Position numbers and translations under genes: made by a program
The notes under the pieces: generated by a model
Database searches by the model: none
Told to the model about the DNA's origin: nothing
The model's input: the letters and a program-made list of their open reading frames with translations, nothing else
Assembly (NCBI GenBank): GCA_963923025.1
Contig: CAWUKV010000003.1
Location: 8,776-72,775 of the forward strand
DNA: 64,000 nucleotides
Direction: 5' to 3'
From: an uncultured bacterium
GTDB lineage: Bacteria > Cyanobacteriota > Cyanobacteriia > Phormidesmidales > Phormidesmidaceae
Part shown: in pieces, positions 61,449 through 64,000 of the stretch
How positions within the stretch are numbered: the stretch's first letter is position 1
Layout: every line of letters starts with the position of its first letter

Positions 61449-61667
61449 AAGGTCCATCTAGTTCTCGGCACTTACTCCAGAATTGACGACCGCTGCGGAT
61501 GCGTCTCGATAATAGGCATCGCGACGTCCCATAGCCTCTTCGGTACCGCAACTCAACGAGCCGAAGCCGCAAGCCCGCTCAGCCTAATCCTCACAACGCC
61601 TTGATCAAATCAATGTTCAATGGCTGTTGTACCGTCCGATAGCCCTAAGATAATCAGCTAACTTCCC

Positions 61668-62060
61668 ATGTCGCACTTTAGCCAAATCAAAACCAAGATT
61701 CGTAACCTGCCTGCACTTCAGGCAGCGCTGACCGATCTCAAGGCTGACTGGGCCGCTGGGCCTAAGGCGGTTCGAGGCTACCAGGGTAAAACCGAAACCG
61801 CTGAGGTCGTCATTGAGCAGGACAACGGCTATGACCTGGGCTTCAAGCGCAATGCCGACACAGGCGAGTACGAGCTGGTAGCTGACCTGCAATACTGGCA
61901 CCAACCGCTTTCCGTTGAGGGCTTTCTAGGGCGGCTCACCCAGCGCTATGCCTATCACACCGTCCTCAACGAAACCAGTAGCCAAGGCTTCCAGGTTGCT
62001 GAGCAGCAGCAGCAGGCTGACGGGTCTATTCGCCTAGTCCTACAGCGCTGGAACGGCTAG
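61668..62060 (+). CDS. ycf35: DUF1257 (Ycf35) family protein
   Basis: MSHFSQIKTKIRNLPALQAAL...AEVVIEQDNGYDLGF is the typical Ycf35 N-terminus. Confidence 0.7.
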   Translation: MSHFSQIKTKIRNLPALQAALTDLKADWAAGPKAVRGYQGKTETAEVVIEQDNGYDLGFKRNADTGEYELVADLQYWHQPLSVEGFLGRLTQRYAYHTVLNETSSQGFQVAEQQQQADGSIRLVLQRWNG

Positions 62061-62206
62061 GGCTTCACCGCTGAGTCCAAAGGCGATAATTGCCGAGCCT
62101 TGAAGCCGCAGCCTGCATGACTGCGGCTTTGCTATAGCCGCTATTACGATCTTTACTACCTACAGCAAAGGCTAAACAGCAGGGGTAGACAATCGAGGGT
62201 TCTGTT

Positions 62207-62722
62207 ATGTCAGCCGCGAATTCAGATCAGCCGATGGATGATGCGACGACGCGCCCACCCGAAGGTCATAAATCGGGGGTAGAACGACCTGACGGTATCT
62301 TGCCGGAGGCCGTAGCGGCACCGCGATCGCAGCTCGAACCAGAACTGGGCGGACAGCTGCGCGATGCCGCCCTACGGTCTGGGTTAGAACCGGAGTTGGG
62401 TGGACAACTGCGCCAGCGGGGAGTCTACGTAGACGAACTGACCTGCATTGGCTGTACCCACTGTGCCCACGTGGCCCGAAACACCTTCTACATTGAAGAA
62501 GACCATGGTAGGGCACGGGTTTTCCGGCAAAACGGTGACAGCGAGGCGCTGATCCAGGAGGCCATCGATACCTGCCCGGTAGACTGCATCCACTGGCTCG
62601 ACTACACCGAACTTAAGCAAAAAGAAATCGAGCGGCGCTATCAGGTCATTCCCGTAGCCGGGTTTCCTGTCTCTAAGGCCCTAATTGCTCGGCAGCAGCG
62701 GCAGGCAAAGAGAAAAACTTAG
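62207..62722 (+). CDS. ferredoxin-like protein with single 4Fe-4S-type cysteine cluster
   Basis: CIGCTHCAHVARNTF...CPVDCIHW (CxxCxxC...CP), preceded by two copies of LEPELGGQLR. Confidence 0.55.
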   Translation: MSAANSDQPMDDATTRPPEGHKSGVERPDGILPEAVAAPRSQLEPELGGQLRDAALRSGLEPELGGQLRQRGVYVDELTCIGCTHCAHVARNTFYIEEDHGRARVFRQNGDSEALIQEAIDTCPVDCIHWLDYTELKQKEIERRYQVIPVAGFPVSKALIARQQRQAKRKT

Positions 62723-62962
62723 AAAAAACGTCCTTGAGTGTTGGTATGGCAGTCGCAGGGTGGGTTAAAGCATTCGACTGCGTCGAGGGGCTCCAGCGTC
62801 AAGAACTTCAGGTCAGGAACTGTCCCTTGTATGTTGAGAGGGGAAGCGCTAGACCGCTAGCAACTCGACGAATGCAATAGACCTCGTCAATTGCCCTTGA
62901 TCAATCCCGTTTGGGTTAATCGCTTCAAATATTATTCAGATATTCAAATAAACCAGCCCATC

Positions 62963-63952
62963 TTAGGGCGCTGCTGGCGGCGCTTCGACCCCAACTGTAC
63001 CGTCAGTACTGACCGTGACTTGCGCTACTACGGCCTGAGCAGGCGCAATGGGCGCTTCGGGTAACGCAATTGGATACTGCGCAGCTGCGGCATTAACTGG
63101 CAGGACCTCAATCAAGCGTCCCTCTGCATCGATCGTGACCTGATAGATCAGCGGGGTTGCGATCGCGGCATCAGCCAATTGGGTTAAGACATAGTCGCTG
63201 ACACCCACAGCGGTGTCCATCGGGATGGGTGAGCCAGCCGCAACGTTACCCAATCCCGTTTCCGCCGCAGCCTCAGTCTCTGGTAATGGCACGCGCGCTG
63301 CGGTGCTGCCTCTAGATGCACCGCCCCGTTCTGCCTGTTCCAACGAGGGGGAAGATTCTGATTCGTCTGCTGATGGGTCTGGCGGCACAAAAATTACAGC
63401 TGGTGGCTCAGCGGGCGCTTCGGTCGGTTCACGGCTGGGTTGTGGGGCAGGCGCTGACCGGTCTGCCTGAAGGGCTGAGTCGGCATCTGTCGTTGCGCCA
63501 TTGGTTTCGGCAGGTTCCGACACCGTTGCGGTGGGCGGTGGGGCAGAATTTTGCCGACGAGGTAAGGTCTCAGTCTGGTTATCTGGCTGGGAGGACAGAC
63601 GACCGGCGGTGTTAGTCTCTGGTCGATTAGCAGGGGGTGAAGCGGTGGACGGCGGTGTAGAGGGTCGTTCTCGGTCAGATGCAGGGGCATCCAAATCCGC
63701 TGCATCAATCGGCGTCTCTGGCGGTACTGCCGCATCTGACTCTAACTCAGCAGCATCTGCAGGCGCACTTTCGGCAACTGCCCCAAAGTCTTCCTCAATA
63801 AAAACATCCCCCGCCGACTGAGTTGCCAGTTCGGGCTGCTGGCGTAGGGTTGCAGTTACCCCCACGGCCACCACAAAGGCCGCAGCGACCGAGCCGGTCC
63901 ATAGCAGGCGCTGACGACGGCGGCGAGACAAGGTCGCCGGGGACGCCGCCAC
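62963..63952 (-). CDS. Pro/Ala/Glu-rich membrane-anchored hypothetical protein
   Basis: N-terminal RRRRQRLLWTGSVAAAFVVAVGV transmembrane helix followed by a long low-complexity region and a conserved-looking C-terminal domain. Confidence 0.5.
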   Translation of the reverse strand: MAASPATLSRRRRQRLLWTGSVAAAFVVAVGVTATLRQQPELATQSAGDVFIEEDFGAVAESAPADAAELESDAAVPPETPIDAADLDAPASDRERPSTPPSTASPPANRPETNTAGRLSSQPDNQTETLPRRQNSAPPPTATVSEPAETNGATTDADSALQADRSAPAPQPSREPTEAPAEPPAVIFVPPDPSADESESSPSLEQAERGGASRGSTAARVPLPETEAAAETGLGNVAAGSPIPMDTAVGVSDYVLTQLADAAIATPLIYQVTIDAEGRLIEVLPVNAAAAQYPIALPEAPIAPAQAVVAQVTVSTDGTVGVEAPPAAP

Positions 63953-64000
63953 CGGCGACAGCGCTGGCAGTACCGCCGCAGCCTGATCATACTGATCTAA

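Overview
This 64 kb window of high-GC DNA appears to come from a cyanobacterial chromosome. That call rests on a clustered omp85-lpxC-fabZ-lpxA-lpxB lipid A operon, an NrtR-controlled NAD salvage cluster, ycf35/DUF2997, a CyaB1-type GAF adenylate cyclase, an XisI remnant and a DUF3153-like lipoprotein. The region from 1 to about 18.1 kb is core housekeeping: lipid A/BamA operon, purC, adenylate cyclase, lysS, pncB-nadD-nrtR-nadE and ubiA. The region from about 18.1 to 35.5 kb looks like an accessory patch. It is bounded by two diverged copies of a roughly 160-190 nt element that has two conserved hairpins and compensatory changes, and by an IS junkyard in which an IS3 element is nested against a truncated IS66 tnpC next to an XisI fragment. 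Inside it are a PRiA4-ORF3-like zinc-finger protein, a cupin, a translationally coupled TPR-DUF3153-UPF0182 operon, a small upstream ORF coupled to an orphan solute-binding protein plus Rieske oxygenase pair, MarR/SRPBCC, a 660 aa RTX protein with three 450 bp internal repeats, and an ECF sigma/anti-sigma pair. From 35.5 to 64 kb the genes return to mostly core functions: ldcA, rhomboid, SPFH, rlmN, uvrC, a CheY-like response regulator, an aminotransferase, dus, a GT4 glycosyltransferase, a second UPF0182 paralog, speA with a roughly 800 bp AT-rich leader, an Hsp70-like ATPase and a DUF2997-ycf35 pair. Several short perfect tandem repeats and G-rich tracts lie in the intergenic regions of this part. 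I found no rRNA, tRNA or CRISPR array. Every product call is inferred from reading the translated ORFs, with no database search.
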